Positions 24,247 through 38,821 of a stretch of DNA of 64,000 nucleotides are shown here, piece by piece; position 1 is the first letter of the stretch; each line of letters starts with the position of its first letter. Made by a program: the position numbers and the translations under genes. The stretch is from Utricularia gibba (lineage: Eukaryota; Plantae; Magnoliophyta), in NCBI GenBank assembly GCA_002189035.1, contig NEEC01000011.1, positions 2,108,001 to 2,172,000 of the forward strand. The letters run 5' to 3'. Under the pieces are notes generated by a model. The model was given only the letters and a program-made list of their open reading frames with translations, was not told the origin of the DNA and did not search any database.

Positions 24247-27200
24247 ATGGACTTCGCCGTCATGAATTTTTGCACCAAATCTGTATCCTCTCCTCCGGTG
24301 AGTACATTTGCCATCTATTTAGCGAGCGATCGTTGTTTGGATTCTGAGAAAAATGTGTAGAAAAAAGGGGACTTAACATTTAGTGTTGTGCCTTCGTTTT
24401 GTTTTCGTGGTTAGGGTGTATTTGTGAGGACTACGAGAGGAATTAGAAGCTCGCAATGCAGCTTTATGGTAGGAAGAAGGATCAACTTTTCTCAGCAGAG
24501 AGCTCATGCTGCCCAAGTTTGTAGTAAAACTCGCAAAAGTGGAGGCGCTCTTACTGTTACTTGCCAGGGTGACAAAATTCTGATTGCTAACAGGGGAGAA
24601 ATTGCTGTGCGTGTGATTAGGACAGCCCATGAGATGGGAATCCCTTGTGTTGCAGTATACTCAACAATAGACAAAGATGCACTTCATGTCAAACTGGCGG
24701 ATGAGTCTGTTTGTATTGGGGAAGCGCCAAGTAATCAGTCGTAAGCAATGATTGTTACTTAAAAATGTTTTCTTTCATTAACAGACTGCATCTAGGTACG
24801 AGATTGATAACGCATTTCCAGCGTTTGGCATATGTTTTCTCCAGTGGGAACTTCAATTGACACCTTGCAGCCGTTTATCTTTTTTCTTTTTTTTAAGCAA
24901 AATGTGGATTAAGTATTGTGCTGAGAATGAAAGGTGAGAGGGTAGATAGGTGGATCTTATTTTGCACACCTTTCGTAATGGTTTGGAGGTTAGGGTCTGC
25001 TCATATAAAAAGAACTTTGCAATTGTTAAGCATTAAACCTGTTAATATGTAATGAAAAAATTCTATTTTTGCAGCTACTTGGTCATTCCAAATGTTCTGT
25101 CTGCTGCCATTACCCGTGGATGTAACATGCTTCATCCAGGCTATGGTTTTTTATCAGAGAATGCTGTATTTGTTGAGATGTGCAAAGAGCATGGGATAAA
25201 CTTTATAGGACCAAACGTAAGTGCTTTTGACTCAAATAATTGGACCATCTAGATTCTATCAATGTACTTTCTGATCGTAGAATACATAGACACACATGAT
25301 CTTGATCACCTTTCCTGTTTTCTTTGTAATCTTAGATATTCTTGTGATTTCGATAATAAGAAAGAAGTTGAAATCAATGCAGCCCGAGAGCATCAGGGTC
25401 ATGGGTGACAAGTCAACTGCAAGGGAGACAATGAAGAATGCTGGAGTTCCAACTGTTCCTGGTAGCGAGGGGCTATTACAGGTATTACATTTTAACGGAA
25501 GTAATACATCAGGTGCATCTCCCCTATTTTGTTTGAAACAACTCCATTTACTACAGAACAATGAAGAAGCAGTAAGAGTTGCAAATGAGATCGGCTTTCC
25601 TGTCATGATCAAGGTGAATTGTTAACTTGTCTATGGGGGCCAACGGTATCCCTGCTTGTCTTGTGGATTCTTTCTGGTGAGTTTGAAGCTAAGCCTTGCT
25701 TATACCATCTTTGTTATTTAAGGCAACTGCTGGGGGAGGAGGTCGTGGAATGCGTCTTGCAAAAGAGCCTGATGAATTTCTCAAGTTGTTGCAGGTATTT
25801 TTCTTGTTATTTAATTTTGATTTCCTCACAACTATCTTGTATCTTGATGTTAAGTTCGCAAGTCGTCCTAAATCTTTACTCCCTCTTAGTTAATTTTTGG
25901 TGTTCCTTTATAATTCAGCTCAAGGAATATGATTTTGTTTGTAATTTTTGGCCTTGGATTCCATGATATATTTAATTCATTAAACCATGAAAAGACCATT
26001 TTTAAAAGCATGTCTTCATGTTTTTTTTTTTCAAATTGGCAGCAAGCTAAGAGTGAAGCTGCAGCTGCGTTTGGTAATGATGGTGTTTACCTTGAAAAAT
26101 ATATACAGAATCCCAGGCACATTGAATTTCAGGTACCCAACATTGGAATGAACCAGAATATGTGAACTTCTGATTTGTATTTTTCATCAGTAACTCTGCT
26201 GAAAAGTAGAAAAAAATTTCTTCGTAGAGAGAAACTGTAGCTGTATTCAAATTGATCTCTTTAAGATTGTTACTACTGTTCCAAAAATCTATGTGCTCAA
26301 GCACATTGTGCGGATGTGTTGCAGGTTCTGGCTGATAAATATGGAAACGTCATCCACTTTGGGGAGCGTGATTGCAGTATTCAGGTAAATAGTTGAAACA
26401 AAGTATAACTAGCCCTTTTATTTATTATTTCTGAAGCACGTGTTTTGCCGCTATCCTTGTTGCTTATATGTAATAAAACTGATATCCAGAGAAGAAACCA
26501 GAAGTTGCTTGAAGAAGCTCCTTCTCCTGCACTTACACCAGAGTTGAGAAAGGCCATGGGTGATGCAGCCGTGTCAGCTGCAGCATCAATAGGTTACGTT
26601 GGTGTTGGTACTATTGAATTTCTCTTGGACGAGAGAGGATCCTTTTACTTCATGGAGATGAACACTAGAATCCAGGTGGAGCATCCAGTAACTGAGATGA
26701 TCTCCTCAGTGGACTTGATCGAGGAGCAGATTCGTGTGGCCATGGGCGAAAAACTTCGTTACACGCAGGCATGCTATCCATATATATTAAATTTGTATAC
26801 ATCATACTAGAATCATAATTGACTGTCTCTTTTACTCTTATCAGGAGGATGTTGTACTTCGTGGCCACTCAATCGAGTGCCGCATAAATGCAGAAGATGC
26901 CTTTAAGAATTTCAGACCTGGACCAGGTGACTGTCATCTCCTGTTCAGACTTCCTTCCAAGTTTTTCCATTGATTTCATGTTTCTGGATCACATATACAA
27001 AATAGGGAGGATTACATCGTACCTGCCACCCGGTGGTCCATTTGTGCGGATGGATAGCCATGTGTATCCAGATTATGTGGTGCCGCCAAGCTATGATTCC
27101 CTGCTTGGAAAGGTTCATCTCCCTTTTCTTCTTTCGGTTATCGCTTTATCTTTCAAGCCCTGTATCCACCCAGGCCATTGAAGGGCTGATCTGATACAAG

Positions 27201-27728
27201 ACTACATCTTTTAAATCAGCTCATTGTCTGGGCTCCAACAAGGGAAAGGGCCATCCAGCGCATGAAAAGAGCCCTTGATGACACTGTCATTAAAGGTGAT
27301 GGATGATTCCAGAATTCGAATCTTCGAAAAGAAATGAAGTGCCTTAACCGCTCTGTCGTCTTTTTGTTGGGTTTCAGGTGTTCCCACAACAATTGACTAC
27401 CACAAACTGATCCTCGACGTAGAGGTTGGCTAATGCTTTTTACTCCCAACAGCATTTATTCACAGCCTTGGTCAGGCTTAAATCTTGATGTTACGCCACA
27501 GGACTTCCAAAATGGAAAAGTGGACACGGCATTCATTCCAAAACACGAGGAGGAGCTTGCAGAGGTAAGCAGATCGCCATTGCTTCTCATCATTCATATT
27601 CCCGAATCTTGTTCCGTATCATATTTTCATGAAAACACACTAAGTACTACGCGTTGACGCAGCCTGTGCAAACGCGGCGAGGAAGGGTTGAGGAGGAGTT
27701 GGTGAAGACATCCCTCTCCCCAGCTTGA
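24247..27728 (+). CDS. CAC2: Plastid acetyl-CoA carboxylase biotin carboxylase subunit
   Basis: Transit peptide, then [77 protein letters not shown]. Multi-exon; stop TGA at 27726-27728. Confidence 0.95.
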
Positions 27729-28159
27729 TGCTTCGGTTCCCTTGCGCGACAAACAATAAAAAATTGTTTTGAATTCCTCCAGGCTGCATGGTGCGTAGAG
27801 TAGCAGAGGATGCATGTTTCTTCTAAAACTATGAGTGTAGCTTGAAATGGTTCTTGACTCTATGTCGATGACGGCTCTTGGCTGTAGTTTTTACTTCACG
27901 TTTGTTTAAGATATCCAAAGTTTGAAACTTGCAACTCCATTTTCAAGTATACCAGGTATTTTTTACCCTTCCTCCAAGCCGATCATGGTACTTGTTCCCC
28001 GTTATTGGATTCTGTGGCAACTGGCCGATGAACTCATCCAAAAACTTGCTTCTCTGCTGGTTCACAGTCGGATTTTCAGCCGGGGCGCTTATAAAGCCTT
28101 GCCCAGATCCCAAAATCCAATTTTTTTTGAGGTGTGTTACAACGCTAGATTTGATCAGA

Positions 28160-28890
28160 GAATAGAGTAGTTGCCCCTCCTAGACAAGGAAGATAAGTAT
28201 TTTGAGAAAGCAATCGTCACGTACCGTGATGATGGGCGAAAGTTGCTTCGCAGGTTACAGGGAAATCCGTTGAAGAAGTTAAACATGACTATGAACTTCT
28301 AGTCGAAGTTAAACATGAGCATGATCTCTTCAGATGGCTTGATGAGTCCAGTCACGATGGCTCCAAGCCTTCTTCAAGGCCGTATCAGGATCGCCGTGAG
28401 GGAATCACTGGGACAGAAGATGAGCACCGGTAACTATTTCACCTGAATTTTGCTGCTTGGTTTCTCTGAAGCACTGGTATGATGATATCTTGAATCCGCA
28501 GGCTGTTTCTTCTTGGACTTGAGAGGTACGGGAGAGGAATCTCTCGTGGTGACCAGGACTCCGACCCAGGTAGCCACCCATCCTCAGAAGTACTTCATTC
28601 CCTTGAACTCGATGAACAAACATCAACGGCGGACATGCGCATCACTAGCGTAAACGGTGGAGCCACATCTGCCCCCCCGGGGACACGCCGCTGGAATGAG
28701 AAGCGCCGAACAACCACCCATCGGCGAGCCAGCAGTCGGGACGCCGGTGAATCTTCCATCACCAGGGATCTCGCTTTGTCTTGGTACCCGCCCATTCCAG
28801 TGGCAATGTCTACATTGTCTGGGCAAGAAGAGATCTCCGTGGGTCATCAATCGGTGAAAAGAAGCAGCACAAGTTGGCAGAACCAGTGAA
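28160..28890 (+). pseudogene. DIVARICATA-like R-R-type MYB (SRM1/At5g08520-like clade) pseudogene
   Basis: Frame-hopping translation: EDKYFEKAIVTYRDD / WAKVASQVTGKSVEEVKHDYELLVE...QDRREGITGTEDEHR | intron 28430-28501 | [10 protein letters not shown] / [25 protein letters not shown] / ITSVNGG / AVGTPVNLPSP. At least 5 frame breaks plus a probable W-to-TAG change. Confidence 0.85.
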
Positions 28891-29897
28891 AGATTACCCA
28901 CCTAAAAAAGGCTTTTCCTGTGGATCATAAAGCACAAGGCAAGAGCAATGTCTGTGGCAGCAGGCATTTCAAGTACTCATAGATAATATGCAGCTGGACC
29001 CTCCCTTGTTCCCTTGCACAATCACTTGTAAAGAATGGTCTTTCCATTCATCAAAAGGTCGCCCTTTTACAACACCGGATCTGGTAAAAGGTAGGGAGAT
29101 TCCCAGCAAATCCAGCACCACAAAAACCATGTTAGAAGGATGTAAAGGTGACGCCTTTATGTGCCCCGGTCCAGGGAAGCTCTTCCTCCTTAAGCAAAAC
29201 CAACGCGGGTCGGGGTTTTCTGCATAGCTCATTGATGATGAGATGGTGTGCTGGACAAGTTCGACTCTTGGAAATGGATAAGGGAAGAATGAGTATTTGC
29301 AAGACTTGACTTACAAGAACAGTACCAACCGCAGAGTGCGGATAGGGTGCTTGATGAGAGGAAGGAGAGCCATTTCTTTTTCTTTGCTTCTCAACGAAGG
29401 TAGTAGAAGAAGAGGTAGGCGCAGCATAAAGCAAGAATGCCATGTCGATGCCACTTCAACAAAGCACCCCACGCAAGCACTTACACAGCATGCACGTGCT
29501 AGGAACGCCATGGCATCACCATCTTTTTTACTCATGGGCTGCCTCCAGAGTCATCACCAACTTTGCTGATGTCTCTTGCTGTCTGTGAGATATAATTTTA
29601 GAATCATGCAGCCCTGTTACTCATATTCAAGCTAAGCAAGTGATTTTGCTGCATCATATAGATTTGAAATGGCATTTGGGATGCAGCTTGAGTTGGGAAA
29701 GTTCATAGTGAAAGAAATTTCAGTGCTGCTGAAAAAGATCACGATTCACTTTTAGGATAGAATGACACAAAGCCGACTCATTCAAATGCGTTGCACTAAA
29801 GGCAAAAGCCTCCCTTTTTCGCCCTTTAAATAGAGCTCAACCGTGGGAGAGATTGACCAGAACAACTCTGAAGCAGCAACTGGAAGGAGAGGGATAC

Positions 29898-30745
29898 ATG
29901 GAGCACATTCTGCAGCTTCCCATCACCCCTGCTTCGGATCATGGCTTCTTTTATTCTAAAAATCAGTTTCGTGATCCGGTCAATCAATACCAAATCATGC
30001 CATCCCCTTCGAAACACTACTCCAAGATCAGACATGGTAAGCCAAATAACATGCCTTGATCAAGCCTTGTCTTGTTTAGAATCAGTGGATGATGGAGAAT
30101 AATCAAAATGCAGGTGGGGTGAACTCAGTCATCACTAAGATGATCAAGCTAGGAGAAAACATGGACATTTTCGCAAAAGGAATCAGAGAGCATGGTAAGT
30201 TGATACTTAACAGAGAAACAAAAAATCAGAAGCTTCTTTCCTCTCATCTGATATAACCTAACGTCATCTTTGAACTCTGACCTGCAGTCAGATTGGGGCC
30301 AAAATTGAGCGAAACAGTGAAGGGAAAACTGAGCTTGGGAGCCAGGATCCTTCACGTCGGTGGAATTGAGAAAATCTTCAAGCAAAAATTCAATGTCACC
30401 AGCAACGAAGAAAAGCTATGGAAGGCTTCTCAATGCTATCTATCTACGACAGCAGGGCCTATCGCGGGGCTGCTCTTCGTTTCGAATCAAAGGGTCGCCT
30501 TCTGCAGCGAGAGGTCCATCAAAGTGTCCACCCCTATGGGGAACTTGCTGCAGAAGGTACACTACAAGGTGATGATACCATTGCGGAAGATCAAAAGAGT
30601 TGTAGAGAGTGAGAACATAAAGAACCCGTGTCAAAAGTATGTGAAACTTGTGACTGAGGATGATTTCGAGTTCTGGTTCATGGGGTTTTTGAATCACCAG
30701 AAAGCTCTGAATCACCTCCAGAAATCCCTTCTCCAGAGTAGATGA
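29898..30745 (+). CDS. GEM-like GRAM-domain protein
   Basis: Exons 29898-30036, 30114-30194 and 30288-30745; RLGPKLSETVKGKLSLGARIL...CYLSTTAGPIAGLLF...HYKVMIPL...FWFMGFLN. The start codon is inferred. Confidence 0.88.
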
Positions 30746-31510
30746 CCGATCCCCTTCTCTTGGTTTCCTTCTGAAAACCAAAAGAAAGCGAGAATCAAGA
30801 AATGTCTCATATGCCATGTGAATGCCTGTTTCAAGTCAAAGCAGTGAAGGAAAATTCATTTTAACTACTTTTGTAATCCGTTAGAATCGAAATCGCCGTT
30901 ATGGTTCCGATTCCTTCCAAGCTAATTCCCAACATGCATATCAAAGTGTTGTAGGTATTACCCACGATAGTTTATATAGATATTTGAAAACACATTTTTA
31001 AAATCAGGTTTTGAACCACGTTTATACGATTCAATAAGAAATCTCTTGGATTACAATTCAATTCAATGATATCGGTTCTAGTTTCGAATCGAAATCGTAC
31101 ATTTTGGTTATGGTTTTGGTATGATTTAAAGTTTCGAAATCAGAATCAAAGTTTACTGTAAATCATATTTTATGAATCCATGTTTTGTAGAAATCATTTG
31201 ATTTTGAACCAAAATTAATCGATTTGGTACTGATCTCAACTTGATTTTTAACATTCCAAATTCCAAATTCACAATTAAAAAATTTAGGGCATTTTATAAA
31301 TTAAAAATTTTATTTTCAATTTTGTAAAAATATTCTTTTCATGTGTATAAATAAATAGGGTCTTTGAAATCGAACATTAATTTTTTAATTAAAAAAATTA
31401 TAGAAGAATTTTTACACCCACACGATTTACATATCATCCAAAATCTGATCCACGCTGCGCCACAAAAACTCGGCTCCTCGTCCTGAAGCAGAGCTCTGGC
31501 TTCAGTTGCA

Positions 31511-32938
<1,428 letters not shown>

Positions 32939-33666
32939 AGAAGAAGAATGAAGACGATGATCAATCCCCCTCCATTCGGACAATAATAATGAAGAGCAAT
33001 GGATTAATTTTCATAAAAAAATCGATAAATTATTCGATTTTAATGATGATTCACCCTCTCGCCTTAGACCATATTTAATCGTTTCCGGAAATATTGAGAT
33101 GGCATTTTCAAAAATTGATTTATTAGATTTTCTTTATTAGGTTTCCATTATATTTGTATCTATTTTTGAAAACAGTAATATTGAAATAAATATTATAAAC
33201 TATATTTTATAATCATTTTCGAAAGAAAATCAGGTTTTCTTATTTTAGTTTCCAAAAAAAAAAAATAAACAGCAAGTTTAATCATTTTCAAAACATTTAT
33301 CATATTTCTGAAAATGCTACATCAGCATTTGTAGAAACTAGTAAAGATGATCTTATAATATATTATTCATCTAGGCCTATAACTTTTACTTTTTTACATT
33401 CTTTTATTTCAAAGAAAAGATTTATTAAATTAGAAGAATTATTCTATTTAAACACGTATTTTATACCATGCCTAATTAATGTAGCATGATAAAGTAACCA
33501 TGGTGCTGTTGTTACATTTCTAATTTGAGTGCGATTTGAATACCGAATTTATAACAGAGAAAAATCCCAAAAAATCAAACATAACGGCACACAAAATTAT
33601 TTACGATAATTATTATATTCTCTAAATAATTTAGTCTCCAAAATAAATATATGGTGTACTTATTAA

Positions 33667-33718
33667 TGGGCCCCGTTTTCTCGGCCCACTAAGCTTCCCC
33701 AAGCGAGAAAGGGTTTAG
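33667..33718. promoter_or_regulatory. Site II + telo-box module upstream of TIM13
   Basis: TGGGCC at 33667-33672, GGCCCA at 33683-33688 and AGGGTTTAG (reverse telo-box) at 33710-33718, 50-100 bp before the ATG. Confidence 0.6.
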
Positions 33719-33770
33719 TCTGACAGCCGGATTTATCGAGGGGTTTTCGTCTAGAAGGCAAAGAAGAGAA

Positions 33771-34350
33771 ATGGATTCCTTCTCCTCCTCATCTTCCAAT
33801 GCGTCCGGTTCGAGAGTTTCGCAGGAGGATCTCATGGATCAACTTAAGACTCAGCTTGCTCAAGCTTATGCAGAAGAATTTCTTGAGGTACTCTTCATTT
33901 CTTGATTTTGGCTTCTGAATTTTGATCTAGGGCATTTTCTGAAATTTTCTGGGTCTGGTGGTTCCTGGATACAGCTCTGGATTCTTTTCTGGTCGTAGCT
34001 TTGTAGGTGAATGGCATGAATTCTGGATTTTCTAATGCGTTTAGTGTTACTCCGAACCATTCACAGATTTCTAGGGCACACTTTGCAGAGTACTTTTCAA
34101 TTGTGTGTACAAGTGATACTTAAATCTGCTTATCCCAGAAAGAGTCATTCTTTTTTCTGTGGCGTAAAATCTAACACGATTCTTGACAATGTGTTTGATC
34201 CAGACGGTCCGGGGTAAGTGCTTTGACAAGTGCATCACAAAGCCCGGCAGCAGCCTGGGCGGAAGTGAGGGCAGTTGCGTCTCCAGGTGCGTGGAGCGCT
34301 ACATCGAAGCTACTGGTATAGTTGGCCGGGCTCTCTTTACCCAAAGGTGA
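33771..34350 (+). CDS. TIM13: Mitochondrial intermembrane-space small Tim chaperone
   Basis: Exons 33771-33887 and 34204-34350: MDSFSSSSS...LKTQLAQAYAEEFLE/TVRGKCFDKCITKPGSSLGGSEGSCVSRCVERYIEATGIVGRALFTQR*; twin CX3C motif. Confidence 0.93.
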
Positions 34351-35270
34351 GAGCTGGCCACCACATTCTTCCTGTGCTGTTTGTTTCTCAGTGTTGAGTC
34401 GTGGAACCGTTTCAGAATGCTCACCCATTGAAACTCAGTCATTGATTCAAAACTTCCATACCCCATGTTTTCCTGTTGAAGTTAGAAACAGGCACGACTA
34501 TATACTGCAATCTTTTGAAATCAAGCCTATGCTAACATGCTTCTTGAAGGAATAACTCGATGTTAACTGCGCACGAGGCGGTTTGGACAAAGAACTTTGT
34601 GATATAGGCGTGACATCCACACCGCCCTGAACTGATAGTTCAATGTAATTCAACAAGAGTGGTTTTGAACATTGGCAGAATGTTGAGATATAGAATCTCT
34701 GATCACAGTCCCAATCCAGTGAAGATTGGATAAAAAGGATTAATGAACTCGAATGGAAAGGGTAGGTACCTCCCCTGGGCATTTCATCGAACACATGGAA
34801 GACAGTGATGCAAGGTCTCCAACATCAATGGCGAAGAATGCCGGTCGTCTCACTAGCCTTGTTTGCTTGGACCATCCACCTTCGAGTTCTGTCTCCCCTG
34901 CAGCCTGGGCTAGTGGTGGGCCCAGTTAGTTAATCCGGTTCCAAAATTGCAACGGTTTCAGTTATTTAGAATGAATTATGGCTTATTTGGAATAATGTTT
35001 AATTTGAGGAAAACATTTCATGATTAATTTTTTATTTTATTTTAAAGAAAATTCAAACATATTTTCTATATAGTAAAATAGTTTCTATTTTATAATAAAT
35101 AAATACTTTATATAATTCCCATCTATTATTCAAATAAGTTACATATAGTCTTTATTTTATACTCAACACCTTGTATTTATTCTATATTTTTTATTACATC
35201 TTTTTTATTATTTCAACTTGGCACTTATCATTTCAGTTCAAATGTGCTATCAAAATTCCACCTTAATAAT

Positions 35271-35468
35271 CAATGTTTTAAAAACAGGTTCAACCCATTG
35301 TCCGAATTATTTTTAGTTCTGAGTTAAACCCTTATTCGAGTTAAATTCATTATAAATAAACATATAAAAATAAAAATAACTATACAAATTCATTATTTCT
35401 AAATTTTAGAAATTTTTTATATTGAATTTGATGGAACCCTCACATCAAGCCACGATTTTACAACCCTG
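35271..35468. mobile_element. Possible degenerate MITE (about 200 bp, AT-rich, imperfect 15-bp terminal inverted repeats)
   Basis: Left end CAATGTTTTAAAAAC vs reverse complement of right end CAGGGTTGTAAAATC: 11/15 match; no intact target-site duplication. Confidence 0.3.
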
Positions 35469-35902
35469 ATTTTGATTTGTGTAGCTCAAACTTCGTGACT
35501 TGTAATGAAATCTGAACCGTACACAGTACTTACTTGTCATCATCCGTCCTGGTTCTTACAACACCTGAAATGTGTGCAAGAGGAGGGGATGCAATAAATG
35601 GTGTATAACGAGTCCGTTGGAGCATTCATGAAATCCACCGTAATCTCCATTAAACCCAGTGGCTTCCTGTCCCGTGGCTTCACCGGAGAGTTGATGGGGG
35701 ATTCAATGCGTCGCCATGCCCGGAGAGAAGCCGAGTAAATGTGAATCCTCTCTTCTTCCTCCAGAGCTGATGGGAATTTAAAGGTAACGAGTCTTCTAAT
35801 AAATACGCTAAGTATAACTCTATAACTACTGCTGCCCTGTCCTTCCTTCTCTTCTTATCAAGATCATCATACCTCTTCCATCCCCATCTCTACTTGCCAA
35901 AC

Positions 35903-38398
35903 ATGGCTTCCTCCTCAACTTTGGAAGCTTTGGGTTCCCCGCAGAGGATCAGCAATGGAGTGGGCGCCGTCGACGTTGAGGTTCGATTCTGTGAAAGAAT
36001 ATGTTGGTTTTGTTATGCTTGGCATGGGGTTTTTTAGTTGGTTCTGAACATGTTTGTGTCTGTGCATGGGATTGCAGGATTCCCCTGTCTTCAGTTTTCT
36101 GAATAACCTGTCGCCTATCAAGCCCATAAGATCAACGCACATTCATCATCATCAGACGATAAACCTTCTGAGCTTCGCTTCTCTCCCCTCTGTTTTCAAT
36201 TCGCCGCATGTTGGTAATTCATTGAGGGACTCTAGATGCATCCCGAGGTACGTTGGATCGGGGTGCTTTTTTTTGCTGGTCTGGGTAGATCTTTATTCTG
36301 TAAACTGAACTGCTTCCTTTGAACTCAGGCAACCGTCATCGAGAACTGACATTTCTTCACCTGATGAGGGCGGTGGAGAAAAGGAAAATGTGGATCCTAG
36401 GGCCGCGTTGGAGGCCCTTTTTGCAGTCTCGAAGCACGAAATTAACAATTCGCAGTGTAATAATTTTTCCCAGAAGTCCCCATCCATCATTCCAGATGTA
36501 GAAGAAGGGTATGAAATCAGCAAAGGAGGCGCATTGGGTGACGCCCAAAGCTCTATTTTCGATGGGCAGTCTCTGGTTTTAACTCCTGAAGCACAAAGTG
36601 AAGTTTTAGCTTGCAAGAAGCGGTTAGCTGAGTTCCAGGATGTAAATCCTTGTTCTTCGGCTGCTGACCCTGATCCTTTTGCTACAATGGAGAATGAGGT
36701 GATTACTTCTATATATATACCATACTTTCCTTTTGACTTTCGATGCCTCAGTTTAAGGTTTCAGTTTCTCATATCTGTAACTTGTTGCAGCAGCTTTCAG
36801 TTTTTTACGGTGGTATGAGAAGATGCCTTGTTTTTGAGCCCACAGTTTCCCATCTCGAGGACACAAGGGATTCTGGTTTTGACTCTTCTATGTTCCCACA
36901 ACCACTTGGGAATTCTAACCACCAACTACCAGTAAAGAGACAGAGCCATTCTCCCCTACTACACCAGTTATTACCCGCCATTGGTTTGCATTTAAATGCT
37001 CTTGCTGCTTCAGCAAGTGAAAGATTGAGGATTGGAAATGACTCCTCCAGCACCTCTTCCTTCGTATCCCCGAATCCAGAGTTGATGCACAATACATATG
37101 ACTACAGCTGTTTTGGAAGAGAATTTGCCACATTTGACCCCCCTCTTAGAGACCCTTTTGAAGAATTGGGCATAATGATTGGAGGTTTTGCTCAGACCAG
37201 CAGTCCAAAGGCGAAGAGGTATAGAAACTTGCAAGTGAATTCTGTTCTTGCAAATGCAGTTCAGTTTGTTTATAGCTTAACTCATGTTTCAGGATGAAGA
37301 TTGAAAATCCTGGAGGTGCTGAATCTTGTAAAAGGTGTAACTGCAAAAAATCCAAATGTTTGAAACTGTATGTGCTGAGCTTTCCCTTCTTCTGTTCATA
37401 CTTTCACTGGAACTTGTAAGTTTTAAGCCATTAAATCATATCTGCAGTTACTGTGATTGTTTTGCTGCTGGTGTATATTGTACGGAGCCATGTGCATGTG
37501 TGAATTGCTTCAATACGCCTGCCCACAAGGATATCGTTCGTGCAACCCGTGAACAGATTGAAAGTAGAAATCCATTTGCTTTTGCTCCCAAAGTGATAAG
37601 GAGCAGTGCCTCTCAGTTAGATGCAATGGTTTGTTCTTCAGCTCATTAGTTGGTTGACTGATATTCATGTATCTGTATCTCATCTCAGTCATTTTGCAGG
37701 ATGATCTTGGGAAAACTCCAGCTTCTGCTCGACATAAAAGAGGATGCAACTGCAAAAGATCTGGTTGCCTTAAGAAATACTGTGAATGCTACCAGGTTCC
37801 CTTCCTCTCTCCTTTGTGTTTCCATGTAATCTATGTCAATGGCTGCTGGAAGCTGATGGAGAAAGCGTTTCTGCAACTTCAGAGTGGTGTGGGCTGCTCC
37901 AGCAATTGCAGATGCGAAGGTTGTCGAAACGCATTCGGCATGAAGGATGATGGAAAGTGGTGCACAGTGAAGGAATCAGAGGATGGAAATGGAATGGACA
38001 TGACAGACAAGGAGCTACTGAGCTCCAGTTCATTTACAAGTAGTGTAACTGCATTACATGGAGACCATGTTTTCAGTACAGCAAGGTATTATCATGTTTA
38101 CACACACTCCCCTGTTTCATTGACTATCCATGCTCAAGATAGTTCCTTGTGCACTTTCAGACCTCCCGGATCTTCGTTTTTTCCAGCCATCGGCGGTTCG
38201 TCTTCCGAATGGCATTCCCCAGCAGACAAAAGTTTCCTGCTCCCTCCTTTCTTCCAAGAAGGATTGCCTCTGGGGGAAACAACAAAGACATCCTCCCCTA
38301 ATGGTAAGCGAGTATCACCTCCTGAAATGAAGAGCAGCGGCAGGAGGCTGAAGCTTGAATCCATATGTTCATTTCCCCCTCTATTTGTTGATCAATGA
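35903..38398 (+). CDS. Tesmin/TSO1-like CXC (CRC-domain, LIN54-like) protein
   Basis: [16 protein letters not shown]; GMRRCLVFE; CXC1 [25 protein letters not shown]; hinge [13 protein letters not shown]; CXC2 [22 protein letters not shown]. The 3' exon structure is uncertain. Confidence 0.88.
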
Positions 38399-38821
38399 GA
38401 TTTTGTTACCACTCCAAATAATAAAGTTTCTGGGAGCAAATCACCAAATGGTGTGTGTTTTCTTTTAGTAGAAGACACTCTCTGTAAACTGTCTGAACAA
38501 GTAGAGAGAAGGAAATCAATCACATACCAGTTACCCAATATGGGCTTAGAGCCTGCAAGAAAAATATGTATTTGGGGTCTGTAGCGAAACGAGCACAGCG
38601 CACTTTGTAAGATCCAACTCGAAGATATGGGCCAGAAATCGTAAAGCCACAGGAGCTTGAAGCTTTTACATCAAGAAATCCCACTTTTCTAAGATTTCCA
38701 CAGCGCATATCAACAAGTCTCCGCTTTTGGAGCTCCTTTGATGCGTAGCTTCTTTGAGTTTGTAAGCCACAGGTAAACTGAGGGTGCGCTGCGCGACCTC
38801 TGATTGTGTCGTGCATGGACT

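Noticed and set aside
28969-29232. Faint resemblance of RKSFPGP...VLDL to a gypsy integrase C-terminus
   Set aside because: Too few conserved residues, and no LTR, PPT, RT or integrase core nearby.
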